A DNA stretch of 59,911 bases, counting the filler, from Catajapyx aquilonaris (lineage: Eukaryota), in assembly GCA_000934665.2 (NCBI GenBank). It is 3 parts of 3 records of this genome, joined end to end, with 100 filler letters (N's around TTAATTAATTAA, not from the genome) between each part and the next. Parts side by side here need not be neighbours in the genome. Positions count along the whole stretch, not along the records: positions 1 to 19,887 come from KZ539524.1; 2 more parts are not named here. One strand, written 5' to 3'. The position numbers and the translations under genes are program-made. The notes under the pieces are model-generated. The model was given only the letters and a program-made list of their open reading frames with translations, was not told the origin of the DNA and searched no databases. Below, piece by piece: positions 1 through 13,463 of the stretch. Each line of letters starts with the position of its first letter. Position 1 is the first letter of the stretch.

Positions 1-25
1 TCAGAACAGTTCCCGAATTATACTC

Positions 26-175
26 ATTGAAAGCAATGGAAAAAGAGCACCTTCCCGTGAAGGTTATTTTGGTACCCCTTGAAAGAAATATTAATATATC
101 GATAACTAAATTTAATCTCGTAAAACTGATTGCTCCATAAGGGTTCAATTGGATGTGGGTTTCACATATATATAT
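26..175. repeat. Fragment of an interspersed repeat (MITE-like), also present in reverse orientation at ~46147-46300
   Basis: attgaaagcaatggaaaaag...ggtacccctt...aaactgattgctccataag...caattggatg is the reverse complement of the stretch at 46147-46300. Confidence 0.7.
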
Positions 176-2908
176 ATATATATTTTAAATCCAAGTCCAT
201 GACTGGGCACCCTCCGTCTGGATTGAAATGGAACCAGCCTACTGTATTAGTAGTATTACCCCATGTATTGTGGAAAGACAGTATAAAATAAGGCCAGACA
301 GGGGGCTGGTATAAGTGGGACAAATTTCGTGGTTTCTCCTTTACTTGAAAATTATTATGAGATATTCTAATCACTATCAAATGTCCACAATAATACCTTG
401 CTTGGAGTGACAAAAGGACTCACAGGTTAAAATAAATATATGGTAATGTTTAAAAAAAAAATCAGACAGTGGAAAGGTCATATTTTGCCAAAAACTGTGA
501 AAATTAATAGTAATTTCATACTCTTCATGAAGGGCTTCCGATTGATGGAGGAAATTTAGTGAGCCTCTATTCCTCCTATTTTTCCTTTTCTTTATCCTCT
601 GAGACCCGAGAAGAATTGAGTAACGCAATGTCAGTTGCTATTGCAATTTCTGAACATTTTCCCAATAAGAAACGAAGAAAAAAATTATAATTCTAAAATA
701 TTGAAATAAATAATGACAAACAACCAATGAGAACATTAGGACTCAATACCTGCTACAAAAGCAGAACGGATAAATGTTGAAAAGTTAAATGCCACTTAAT
801 GGATCACTAACATAGTGCTCTATCCTCAAAACAATGTTTTTTACATTCATTTGTGGAATTCATGGTACCAAATCCTCTCAGAAGACAATTAAAGATAAAT
901 ATGAAATTATTTGAAAGGCCACCACTCCAGGCAGGGCCTTTCTCCTTCCCTTCTGACCTCCCAGCATGGTACCTCGCTATTCTAGATTTTAAAGCTGAAC
1001 TTTAGTGCAAAGCACACTTCCTTGTGGGTGTATAGGTACAGGCACTTAAAGAAAAGTCACAGCCCATTCAGCTAAAAAAACCTTCTTCGGATGTCCATTT
1101 AAATGGGCATTTGGTCTCAGGAAGAAAAGAAAATTACCAGTGCTCTACAGCAACCAAGATTGTCACAGACACATCTTTTCATATTTCCTAATGCACATTC
1201 CTTGTGAATCCCAGACATTCGCTGCATTGATGAATATCGCACTCTAAATATGAGTAAAAAAATAAAACTCATCAGATGAGCGCCTAGCTTCAGCAGCGGC
1301 ATCCGCCATTTTATCCGCGATTTAATTTTCGCGGCCCAAGTCAGATATTCGACACTAGGTGGCTACACCGATTGAGGCCAGATTGTAATCATGGGATACC
1401 AACAGATTACAGTTCTGTTGGCATCACTAGTTGGCGCCAAAAAAACTTTTCCAGATGTCCAATATATTGGATTCCGGGTCTCAGGAGGATATAGACATTA
1501 CGGTTTTCCCTTGATGCATCTTTCAGATGGAAAATGTAGACAAAGTCCTGCTCAGTCAGCATGACAGTATAACCACAATATATTGTGCATTTTCTCAGAT
1601 CAGGTATCCCTATTTTTACCAGCATGCCACAATATGTGAGGTAAAACACTAAAAAGAGTACTACTGCTGCTGCTGCTGCTACTTCTATTACAAATATTCC
1701 ATGTGGGAGGATATTGCAAAGCTGTTGTGGGGAGAAAACCCATGCAAGCATGGGGAGCAGCCAGAGCAAACTGCCATTGCCAATAAGGGAAGAAAACTCC
1801 GGATCTCTGAGAAGGTCTAACTGTGGCCTAACTGCACCACTCTGACACTCATTACTTTTGTATAGGGTAAGTTTGGGTAAGTGCGACAATGGGGCATGTG
1901 CAGAATTGCTTCTAATATGTAGCACAAGGTGGCAGGAGCTATCGAAAATCACGTAAACCTTCACGGCTACCTTTGCCCATTCTTCTAAAGTAGCACGATC
2001 TTCTTTCATTCGTCACACAGACAAAAAATGGCCCCCAAGCTCAAGGTGGTGTTTTAACTTTTCCGGCGAGTATGTATCTTTTGCAGAATTTCTGATGAGT
2101 CTTGAATCTCATGCTGCATAACCGCTCCAGCACTGTACGTAAGAGGTTAAGGGGTACTATCACTCTGTTATTGTTCCGTTTTGGTGGAATAATTAGGATG
2201 GTTTTTTAAAAGTGGGCCGCACTTGCTCCTAATTAGACATCGTCAAGGGCAAGTGCGTACCCAATTAATACGCATATATGGATCAAAATGCAATATTGGA
2301 GGATTATAAAGCTAGCAGTTGCCAAAAGAGGCGACCAGACATCCTTTTGTGGTCACCAATGGATATTTAGCGACTGGTGACAGGCTAATTTCGAATGTTG
2401 GTGTGAAAACACTTCCACATAATACATTTTGATCAGATAATGCCAGTACTGTTAGCCAACCTGTTGCGGAGCACTGAATAAAAGTTCGTCCTGTAAGAAC
2501 TTCTTGGAATATTTTTATTAGGGAAAAACCGACTGACAGAGTATGTTTGTATCTTTGTGGCACTAATCCTAAGCAACCAGAATAATGTTTATTACCCTGA
2601 GAAAATTCCACTTACCCCATATCGCGGGGCAAGTGCAGCACTGTGCACCACATGCATATTTTCATTATTTTTCGGTGCACCCACATAGATGAATGTTATG
2701 TAATAGGCCACTTTGAAAGCCAATAAGGTATGGTATATTGTCCAACACTTTTTTTCTCACTTGCTAATTACTGAGGAAATAGCAAGCCTTTAAACTGCAC
2801 CTAATCAAAATCCGGCTGTACTTGGCCCAACTTTCCCTATTTAATATTACTTTTAAGAACCAGAATCAGCCTTGTTTATGTGATGTCAAAGCTAAAAAGG
2901 CTTCCTAC

Positions 2909-3238
2909 CTTTTGCATGATGTGATCCGGATTGATCCCAAGCTCCTCCAGCAATGGTGGCTCATCCTCAAACCCATCACCCTGCGGGTTTTCTTCATAGG
3001 GGTTGGGAGGTGGAGGTGTGAAGAGTTGGCCAGCATAGAAATTTGGTTGGGGGGCATATGGGGAAGTAGGGTCAGGAGGTTGAGTGGAGGCTGGCTGATC
3101 ATACTCGAAGGACTGGAAGCTCTGGTCCTGCCCAAAGTCAGGGTTCACTTCATAGTAGTCTGGCTGGCCTGCCCCATCCTGGGCACCCCTGTACTGCGGT
3201 ACAGAGTAGAAGCCTTCATCACCAAAGTTGCCCGACAT
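2909..3238 (-). CDS. YIPF5: First coding exon of Yip1-domain protein YIPF5 (rest of gene not found in window)
   Basis: 110 codons MSGNFGD...[21 protein letters not shown], the signature of YIPF5/Yip1A N-terminus; tttacAG acceptor just upstream of ATG and GTagg donor after QK. Confidence 0.9.
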
Positions 3239-3967
3239 GTTTCTGTAAACACATAACAAAGTCACTCAAATATAATTTCCACTTGCACCACACTCCTAAA
3301 CCTAGTCCAAGTTGAAATGTGTTTCCTTTTCACATTATTTCTTTGTACAAAGAAGCAAGAAAATTCTCAGATATATTGCTCCCCACCCTCCTAACAGAAA
3401 CAAGTGTGGAAATGGAATCCACAAAAATTCCAGTCAGATATTAAATAGTATGTGAATCCCTGCTGCATTTATAAAGCCAAAATATGTCAATTTTTCTGGC
3501 AAACAAAGAAATACAACAGACTTTTTCCATAATACTAACTAAAAATCTACGGAAATTTTTCTAATTTTGGTTAAATCTGATTTAAAGCGGAATACAGTAT
3601 GCATAGTCGTTCATTTAAAAACCTGTGACAGCTCATTTTACGGTATCTAGGACCACTTTCAGATTATAATTATCCAATAATTATCAGTGTTTTCCGATTA
3701 TCTGGTGACATCCATGCAGCCATTAGCCCGGATAATTGGGAGTACAGTGTAGATGCAATGTTAAAGGATCCCTTCCAGAATGAATTTTACCATGTGCTAC
3801 GACAAATTTTAGTGGAAGTTGTGTGCTGTATCAGTACCAGACAGGTGGTCCGCCTGTGTCTTAAGAACTCCTGCTTGTGGTGAACATGCCATGGCCACAC
3901 CACAGGCACTACCCTATGCAGAGACCACTCTCTCTCTCTCTCCCTCCCATACTACCACTCTAATAAC

Positions 3968-4077
3968 CAGGGATGGAAAAAGAACAGCTTCTTGGAAGGA
4001 AGCGGTTCTTTTTTCCAACCCTGAACATGGAAAAAAGAACCGCTTCCTTCCAAGAAGCGGTTCTTTTTCCATCCCTG
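3968..4077. mobile_element. 110-bp palindromic hAT-type MITE
   Basis: TIR cagggatggaaaaag, 8-bp TSD ctaataac on both sides; second copy at 38702-38812. Confidence 0.85.
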
Positions 4078-4755
4078 CTAATAACTGTTCTCTCAGTCAG
4101 TCCCCAGAGCAGGCCCATATAACAAGGCAGTGCACATGGTGGCACAGTTGCACCGAATACTTGTAATATGAAACGAAAGGGTGAAACTCGGGTTTTAAAA
4201 TATCTGGTATCCAAGTAGTGAAAATCAGGGGTTGAAACTAGATAGTTTACCATTTTTTCTCATTTGAAATGGCCTGGTGGAATTTTAATTTCACTTTTTA
4301 AGACAATGGTAGATGATGGCCAATTTTTTAAGTCGCGTATTGTTCACTAAATCTTATATTTAATCTAATCAATGCTTACTCAACACTGGTGGCACAATGT
4401 GGGCAATGGCTGAAATGGGGCATTTACAATGGGGAATCATGCATATGCACATTTTAATGTTATCAGAATTATTGACAGTGAACAATAATGCAACTCGCAA
4501 AACATTTTGACCATCTGTTATTTTCATAATATTAAAGTTACATTTCTTCAAGGTTTTTACCACCTTCTGTGTCCATTTCACATGAAAAAAAAGCAAATGC
4601 TGACCATTCAAGCAGAGGTTTTCATTACTCAGAGAATAAATTGAAAAAGTTAGTTTTTCTGTGCAATATTATTACAAATAACTTTCACTTAAAATTATCG
4701 TGGTACACCTCAAAATCAATCCTAGAAGGGTTCCTTCATAAGCGATATGCCAGAG

Positions 4756-5334
4756 CAGGGTGGGCGAAAAGTCCCAGGACACCTGGCTTTTTTTTTTGCC
4801 TGCAAAACAAATGTGTGCATGGAAAATGTGTCGGAAATGCTGGTGTAACATCTTCTGGACACTGACGGAACTGTTTGATGAGGGGAGACATCTGAGGACC
4901 CCCAACAACACCCATAAAAAGCATTTAGCAAGGAAAGTGTCTTTCATGTTTCCCGTCTTTCACATTTCCCATGCTGAATGCTTTTTTCTCCCACTTGTTC
5001 AAGTTACTTCTTCTCGGTGGCACCTTACCAAAAGGAGCCCTGATACCCTGCATTATGTGCGTTATGTTCTTTCCCGTATGAGGCTTCCCGTGGACCCACA
5101 CAGTAGCCACAAGTCTCTCCTTCACAGTGAACCCGCTCGTATCTGCCATCTTGCACTGTTAACAGTGTTAACTTACTGTGGATGTTGTTGGGGGTCCCCA
5201 GATGTCTCCCCTCATCAAACAGTTCCGTCAGTGTCCAGAATATGTCACACCAGCATCCCCGGCACATTTTCCATGCACAGATTTGTTTTGCAGGCAAAAA
5301 AAGCCAGGTGTCCTGGGACTTTTCGCCCACCCTA
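4756..5334. mobile_element. Fold-back MITE, internally deleted copy of the element at 9572-10337
   Basis: Same termini cagggtgggcgaaaagtcccaggacacc; left arm lacks roughly 170 bp relative to the full copy. Confidence 0.85.
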
Positions 5335-5344
5335 CTTTAGTTAC

Positions 5345-5622
5345 TTTAGTAGGGGCTTAACGTCTGCATATTTCTGCAGCTAGGCTCAACACCTGCGCCA
5401 GGGTGTGGTCCTCCTCCTGGAAATTTGGCCCCTCTGGGGATCTTTAACATGCACTCGCGCAATGTCACAAGCACACGGGACCGACGGCTTTACTTCCCCT
5501 CCGAAGGAAGGCGTACTCCCACTTTTCTACCACCAGGAGAAAAGTCACCGACCTCGACCGGGTTCAAACCCACAACTTTGGGACTATAGGCGAGCGCGCT
5601 AACCACCAGACGACCAGCGCCA
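5345..5622 (-). mobile_element. tRNA-derived SINE
   Basis: Minus strand begins with A box/B box-like head (tggtggttagcgcg...ggtttgaacccgg) followed by conserved central block ccttcggaggggaagtaaagccgtcggtccc...gcatgttaaagatcccc. Confidence 0.65.
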
Positions 5623-6386
5623 GCCAGAGCCAAATACAGGGTGAAGGGAAACTCGCGGACAATCGCCAGGTAGACTGATAGTACTTGTATAACTCATATA
5701 GGGATGTGCAATTAGTTTTGGGCACCGTTGTATAGTTAATGCGTATGGCGCCTTTAAAGTTTCGTGACGTCATGTCCGTTCCGCCAGCTTCAAAAAAGAA
5801 TAAGCCAGCTCGAGGGCCTCCGAACAATCCAGTCTTGGGTCCGTAACACATCATCCATGTGCAATAGGTGATCAAATCCCATCAGAGTAAGAATCCAGGT
5901 GACACCTGTGCACTTTTGTCATTTTTACTTCATATTTTACCATCCTGCCCTCTACACTTTAAAGGCGCTGTACACATTAACTATACACTGGCGCACAAAA
6001 CTAATGGCACATCCCTATATTAGTTTTACGAGTACTATCAGTCTACCTGGCGATTGTCCACGAGTTTCCCTTCACACTGTATACAAAATCACACTGAACC
6101 TTCGGTTAACACAACCTGTATTACATCCTGACAAGGCTCCTGTGTACTGTTTGCACTGATCCTCGCTGTATGCCACATGGAGAAGGTCAAACATAAGATA
6201 AACTAAACTTGCATCATTATGGAGGTGGGGAATCCAAACACACTCCAGGTCCATAAAACGAACTGCATTAACAATATTACTGAATGGTATGGATTTGGAT
6301 GAACCCACTCTACCAAAGGAAGTTCCACAAGCAGCACATGGAATAAAAAAATGACATAATTATTTTACAAGTTGGCTAGCGATTAT

Positions 6387-7204
6387 CAGGGACGTCGGAA
6401 CCATGGGGGCGATGGGGGCGGTCGCCCCCACTACTTTTTGAGTGGGGGGGCAATGGTTACCATTTGCCCCCGCAGTTTGAAATGGTCACATACATAAATG
6501 TACCCCCATTTTCTTTATCTTCTAAAACTAAAAATTTGAAGAAGAAAAATCGACTCAACCGGATTTGTGAATGCACCATTAGCGACGGGCCTACTCTTGG
6601 GCCTACTATAGGAGAGAGGGGGCGAGCCGAGGGTTTGAAACGGGACTCTTTATTTTAGCTGAAGCTATACCGCCGGGCGTTGGCTACTTCTGTAGGCAGG
6701 GATGCCGCGAAGCTTGGATAGGAAGGAAGGCAGTACATGCTATAAAATCATCACGAATTCCGTTAAAAGGGGCCCAGCAGTTTTTGTGGAAAAATAAAGG
6801 AAATAGGCTACTTGAAAGACAAGTCTCTCTCTCAGTTTGGGTGTGAACTTGGGGCTCCTTGTATATCGTCGGTGTTCTTCCGTATTCCGTATTGGACATT
6901 TTGCATCTGATCGTCCCTAAACACCCCTTGCTCGTACTTCCCCCCCTCCCACTCCCGCCAGTCCTCTGTTGCCCCACGCCAGCCATGAATTATCATACTG
7001 GTATGTGTTGTGATGTGAAGTGCATAAGTGCCCAAGAACGAAGAGACAGCGAAATACGCTCTTCACCTACTTTGGAAAGAAACAGGTTGGCGATTTAGCC
7101 GTCCCCCGTAAAATTCCAAAGGCGATTGAAGGTCCGTATTGCATTGTTTTACAATGTTTTATCGCTTGCCACATTAGTACATTAAATCAACTTCAACTTT
7201 CGGA

Positions 7205-7259
<55 letters not shown>

Positions 7260-7788
7260 CAATTTTCTGCAGAAACAATAGGTTCATTCTTTTTGCTGTA
7301 TGTTGTTTATGTCGGAGTTTTGTAAAACACTGGAACAGTTTTCTGTATAATTTTAAAGTCAAAATGCAAGCGACAGACAAAAGAGAGGTCATTGTCACTA
7401 ATTAGTAACACCATTAGCTCTTGGTAACACTTACTGTAACATTCACCTAAGTTTGTGTGACCTTATACCCCAAAAAATTTTCGCCTGCGGCGGGCTGCTT
7501 CTTTGCCCTTCCATAATTCATGAGGGGGGTGCGTGCATCTATTCCCCGTCGGCCGGGGTGCCTAATTCCGCCTAATCCTCTTGCTACGCCCCTGCCGTGT
7601 GCTATCATTTCTTTCTCTGCAAAACATATGGACATCGTTCCAACTTTGATTTCTCACTTTTCCTCTTGGCGATGCACGGATAATCCGCAACACGGATCAG
7701 TGTATGTTCCTCCTTACCAGCNNNNNNNNNNNNNATTCTGAGTTCTGAGGTTCGCCCCCACAGTTAGAAATGACTTCCGACGTCCCTG
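6387..7788. mobile_element. Non-autonomous hAT-type DNA transposon
   Basis: TIR cagggacgtcggaa / ttccgacgtccctg with 8-bp TSD gcgattat on both sides. Confidence 0.85.
7209..7256. repeat. (GA)n microsatellite
   Basis: Direct reading. Confidence 0.95.
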
Positions 7789-8950
7789 GCGATTATGCAA
7801 TCCCGCAATGACCTGCCCAGTTTCGGATACCCTGCCAGCTTAGTTCTCAGGATAGTCAGAGAATGAAACCCCACCCCCATATGTCAAGGTTGAGATGCCA
7901 TGGAAGGATAGAGAAGCTTATTGTTTTCTTCTCATGATGGCACTGACTAGACACAGCATCTGCCAGCATAACATTAGAACAAATTTAATAAAAGGAATTT
8001 TAAAACGTATTTTAGACACTCCATCAAGATTTCTGCTATTTCTTTCGAAGCATGGTGCTCCTTAGCTAGACGTTTCTCACTTCCTCTAGCAGTGAATAGG
8101 CATGACTTGTAAGGCTCCGTATAATAATTGGTTTTTGCAAGAAATTATTATTCATGCACAATTTTAAATGATAAATAGTCTTAATAAAAATTCATGTATC
8201 ATATTCCATATTCATAATGTGGATCAGAATGTTCAGTGCTACTCATTTGGTACCAATTAAAAGTCGGTAAAAGAATGCAATACATAGGCTACAGTTGATT
8301 TAGAATCACTTCAGAGTGACGTGATTAGTACTTCAAATGGGCATGTTCCACCTCAACATTATTTATCAGTGTTTTAACATCTTTTAATTTGTACTACACA
8401 AGTAGCACAGTGAACATACCAATATAAAATACTTGAAAGAATAGGACATCATCTGTGAAACTGAGCCAATCATTATTATTGGATAATGCCTTCGGACCAA
8501 TCACTGCTTACAAAAATTGCTATTTAAATTTGGGCTCCACAATCTTTGCTGAACTCTAGCAACACAGGCATAATTTTTACAACAAAATGATACACGCTTT
8601 TTCAACTAAGTGTGGTGTCCTCTACCTCTGTTATCACACAGATTAATATTTTTCAAACACCTGTGTGCATCACAATTGAGCTCAATATCTGTATCAACAA
8701 GAATGCTACACATGCCCACAAGTCCTGTTGGCGCCCCGATGGGGGTGATGTGAGGGAGAGAGGGAGAATGGATTCTGTTTGTCAGATGTATAAGGGCTCA
8801 GGAGCAACTACTTGAAAAGGAGTATACGAGGGATTTTCCCAGACATACAGGAGAGCTCAATTCGGAAACATACCATATTTACGAAGTGCTGGTCATGTGG
8901 GGAAGTTTTCAACTAAAGCCATTCCATAGCCATTAAAGCAATTGAAGACA

Positions 8951-9140
8951 TCACTTGCCAAAGGGCCCAACTCCTAAAATTTTGAAAAACAGTTTTATTG
9001 CGGATTCCTACTCTTGGAGTCGGGCCTCACAGCCCTGGTGAAGATGAAGGGACAAAGTCAATCAGAAGTGTCTTAAAATTGAATATGATGATTTGCAGTC
9101 CATTGCCTACTACTGGAGTTGGGCCCTTTGGCAACTGACT
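8951..9140. mobile_element. Short MITE; related copy at ~11083-11300
   Basis: Inverted ends ttgccaaagggcccaactcc / ggagttgggccctttggcaa. Confidence 0.6.
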
Positions 9141-9390
9141 GGACGTAGATCAGATTGTTATTGATGTATCAATCACAGCATTTTCCCAAAATGGGGTTGC
9201 CAGCGATGACCAGGTACATTCACCTGGTCATCTTGTATGACCATTACAATGGATCCTCCAGTGACTGGTCAGGCCACGTAGATGGATAGGATGATAATAA
9301 AATAGATGACATGAACGTATACATACACTCAAAACATTCATACAATGGATTGTGTTAGATTGTGATTGATGTTAATAATAATTAATATTA

Positions 9391-10949
9391 GTCAGGACGT
9401 TAAGGGACTTACTGTACATTTGGTAAGGAGAGCATGAAGTTTGGTACAAATGTTCCTGAGACCATACTCTTTAAATTCAGATCTGGAGCCACGCCCGTTT
9501 TGGTCCCGGAGGCCCGTAATTGCGGGTTGGCTACCTTGAAGTGAGTGAAAAGCCTTTTTCTGAGCAAACTACAGGGTGGGCGAAAAGTCCCAGGACACCT
9601 GGCTTTTTTGCCTGCAAAACAAATCTGTGCATGGAAAATGTGTCAGAGATGCTGGTGTAACATCTTCTGGACACTGACGGAACTGTTTGATGAGGGGAGA
9701 CATCTGACGACCCCCAACAACACCCACAATAAATTAACAATGTTAACAGTGCAAGATGGCGGATACGAGCTGGTTCACTGTGGAGGAGAGACTTATGGCT
9801 ACTGTGTGGGTCCACGAGAGGCCTCATACGGGAAAGAACCTAGCGGACATCATGCAGGATATCAGGGCTCGTTTTGGTAAGGCGCCACTGAGAAGAAGTA
9901 ACTTGTTTAAGTGGGAGAAAAAAGCATTTAGCAAGGGAAGTGTCTTTCACTCTTCCCGTCTTTCACATTTCGCATGCTAAATGCTTTTTTCTCCCACTTA
10001 AACAAGTTACTTCTTCTCGGTGGCGCCTTACCAAAACGAGCCCTGATATCCTGCATGATGTGCGTTAGGTTCTTTCCCGTATGAGGCCTCTCGTGGACCC
10101 ACACAGTAGCCACAAGTCTCTCCTCCACAGTGAACCCGCTCGTATCCGCCATCTTGCACTGTTAACATTGTTAATTTATTGTGGGTGTTGTTGGGGGTCG
10201 TCAGATGTCTCCCCTCATCAAACAGTTCCGTCAGTGTCCAGAAGATGTTACACCAGCATCTCCGACACATTTTGCATGCACAGATTTGTTTTGCAGGCAA
10301 AAAAAGCCAGGTGTCCTGGGACTTTTCGCCCACCCTGTATACTTCTCAGGCTGATATGTACCAAACAAAGGTTGTAGAGAAACATGTATTCTACAGAAAA
10401 TTATAAAGTACCTTTTCCACGTACGGTCCATATTTTCAGAGCTACAGTGACTTGAAAAAGACTTTTCACTTGCTGAAGGGTAGCTAACCTGCAATTACGA
10501 GCCTCCAGGGCGAAAACAGGTGTGGCGCCATATCTGGATTTGAAGAGTATGGTCTCAGGGATATTCCTACCAAATTTCATGCTTTTATCACCAAAGTGCA
10601 CGGGTGACCCTTTTTTCGTCCCTTAATTCCATGGCTATGGTTTCAAGCCACTGCCGCTTTGAAAATAAGGACTCTACGTGGAAAAGGTACTCTATACGTT
10701 TTGTAGAATACATATTTCTCTACAACCTTTGTTCGGCACATATCCGCCTGAGAAGCATAGTTCGCTCAGAAAAAGACTTTTCACTCGCTTCAAGGTAGCC
10801 AACCCGCAATTACGGGCCTCCGGGGCCAAAACAGGCGTGGCGCCAGATCTGAATTTGAAGAGTATGGTCTCAGGGACATTTGTACCAAATTTCATGCTCT
10901 CCTCACCAAATGCACAGTTGACACATTATTCACCCCTTAACGTCCTGAC
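9391..10949. mobile_element. TIR element with internal ~200-bp repeated units, host of the nested fold-back MITE
   Basis: TIR gtcaggacgttaaggg / cccttaacgtcctgac; unit gagaccatactc...agatctgg...cgtaattgc occurs once forward and twice in reverse. Confidence 0.7.
9572..10337. mobile_element. 766-bp near-perfect fold-back MITE (Tc1/mariner-type, TA TSD)
   Basis: ta|cagggtgggcg...cgcccaccctg|ta; the two halves are reverse complements over ~370 bp each. Confidence 0.9.
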
Positions 10950-11326
10950 CATAGGATGGAAATAAAACTGGTCACACCTTTCTTTGTAGTACTACTTTAT
11001 GAATATGATGTGTTCAGATGGACAAGCATGACTACACCATTGCAATTTGCAACAGGAAATGTTGGTGCGGGCGTTCAGTTGAAAAAGGGCTCAACTCCAC
11101 TGATTTTCACCTTCAATAGACTCTGACCTATTGCTTTCTAGATGATGATGTCTATCCCACTAGGTGTGTATAATGGTGCCCTATTAGCATCATAAACCAC
11201 GAAACTCGGAATAGAGCACTTACGCATATAGGCCCTATGCAGTTTTTACTCTCTCCTGAAAAATTTCATCTCGTGGAGTTGGGCCCTTTGGCAAGTGACG
11301 TCATCAATTGGTTATGCAACAACTAA

Positions 11327-11510
11327 AGGCCGGTATCCACGTACGAGATTCTCGCATATGAGGAGCCGCGAGGAGCCAATTAACTGCGCATGCCCAGATA
11401 CGAGGAAAGGGGAAAAAGTTGTAAATTTTCAACTTTCTCGTATCTGGGCATGCGCAGTTGGCTCCTCGTGGCTCCTCGTATACGAGAATCTCGTACGTGG
11501 ATACCGGCCT
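11327..11510. mobile_element. PIF/Harbinger (Tourist-like) palindromic MITE
   Basis: taa|aggccggtatccacgtacgagattctcg...cgagaatctcgtacgtggataccggcct|taa, 3-bp TAA TSD. Confidence 0.8.
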
Positions 11511-13463
11511 TAAAGGGGAACCAAGAAAAGACTGCGGGGATTAGGTGGGTTTTGCCAACTTTTCAGCCCCCCTCCTCCCCTCCCAAGTCCCTATGTTTAC
11601 CATGAAGATAAGTAGAGTAGCCAGGCGGAGAATTTTCTTTTCAATGTGGATGTGGGGTATTCCTGGTTCCTTTTGCGTCTGGCAACTCTATGTCAAAATC
11701 CCAAAAAACCCATGCAGTATTTTCCTGGACGGCCTATACCTTGTTGGAATTTCCACTCATACCAACCATCCAAAGGTTCGCTTACAACCCTCCATGTGGC
11801 ATAGAGTTAGGCTCAGGGCCTGTAGTGTTCACTAAGCACAAGGTCATTTTCCCATGCGGTGCAACAGCACTGAGTCAAGTGAAATTTATCTGGTGCCTTT
11901 GTGATGACCTGTAACAATAATAAAAATGTTATTTGGATTACACTGCTCCATACATGTTTCCACAGCTCAACACGAAAAACCCAAATGAAAACATTCTACA
12001 CTTAAAAAGTAACAAGCGGTTAGAACAGGCATGTCTGATGTGCTACCTGGGGCTGTGTGCACTAAATCATGTTGATAACCCTGTTACATAAGCATCTTTT
12101 TAATAAATCTTGAGCTATTATGCAGCTTGTACCAAAGCAACATTTGTCTCTTTCCTTTACATATCAGTTGCATGTCAAAAAGGCTTGCGTAAAATCAAGA
12201 ATTTGCATCTTTATACACACCCTTTCTATCCTAGGCTCATGTGTGCTCCTGCATGGCACAAACATCCCTACTTAATGACACATAGTTGAGTTGATTTTTT
12301 GTTACTGGTAAGTAGCTACTGATAGACAGTGTGTATGTTTTCTCATGGGTTACCAGTACACCTGCTGCTGTTTTAGGGGGAAGGCCATAAAACCCATCCT
12401 GTGGCTAGAGTCCATGCAATGAGTCAGGGAATGTCACCAAACTGCTGCAATAGTCAGTCATATCAAATTCAGAAATATTAGGGTTTGTCCCTATCAACAA
12501 AGAATCGAGTTTAATGAAAAATTGCTAGCGACACATCTCTCTTAGTGCACAACTCTTGGTATACTGCTTGATTATACTTGACTTTTGAGGCAGTAGTTTG
12601 GTGACAACCGCCCTGACACCACAGCTATGACAGCTCAGATGTCTGGCCATGCCGGCTCCAGGCTCTGGTCCAGCATCAACCGGAGTTTCTCACCGGATTT
12701 CTCACCTTTTCACCGTTCAAGTAATCACCCGACCGAAAAGCAGAAGATTTGCCCACACGCCGTCGCCGCCGGAAAATTTCCTCGTGGCCGGAATTAACAG
12801 AGCGGCTTTACCTACAGATGCAGCCAGCCATTTCCAGTTCTTCAGTTCAGCTCTTGCATCAGCCGTCATTATCAAAATAATCAGATGTATTGTGGAAACA
12901 GCCTGTCCATTCAATGTGCGTACAAGGGCTTTGCTACGTATATTAGAGCGCGTGGCTAAAACCGCTAAAACAGAGGGAAAGCACTTTCGAGGGGACTTTT
13001 TCACATAAGCTGCTAATAATAACTGCTTTCGATCCACATGGAACGAGTGGAGCGGTCTCTCGCAATCACGCTCGGAATATAAACAACTAGCAGTAGGATA
13101 CCCGTCGTTGCTCGGGACCTCGGGTTATGAAATACTTTTCCATAGGAGTAACTCATTGATTTGGTAGTAACCTTTGAAATAATTTATTAAGGCTATACAA
13201 TGTTGGCATACCAGTAACATGGAGCATAATTAGTGCATGTGCATGAAGTCCAAACAACACATTGCTGCGGATGTCAGGTTGTAAGAAATTACACAATACA
13301 AATACACCTTAAAAATCCAGCAAAAGTATGTCATGCAAAATTGAAGGTTATGCAGTAAATGTGTGTAGAATAGCATTATTGAAAGACCGGCACCTCTCTT
13401 AGTCATTCCCCAACCTCAAAATGGCCAATCTGGCCTGGGTGACTGTTCCAGCAGGCAGCTATA

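Noticed and set aside
1407..2009. 200-aa minus-strand ORF with hydrophobic stretch downstream of the YIPF5 exon
   Set aside because: No Yip1-domain motifs; poly-Ala comes from a (GCT)n repeat
4672..10406. Many similar 60-207 aa ORFs that look like a gene family
   Set aside because: All derive from arms of the same fold-back MITE
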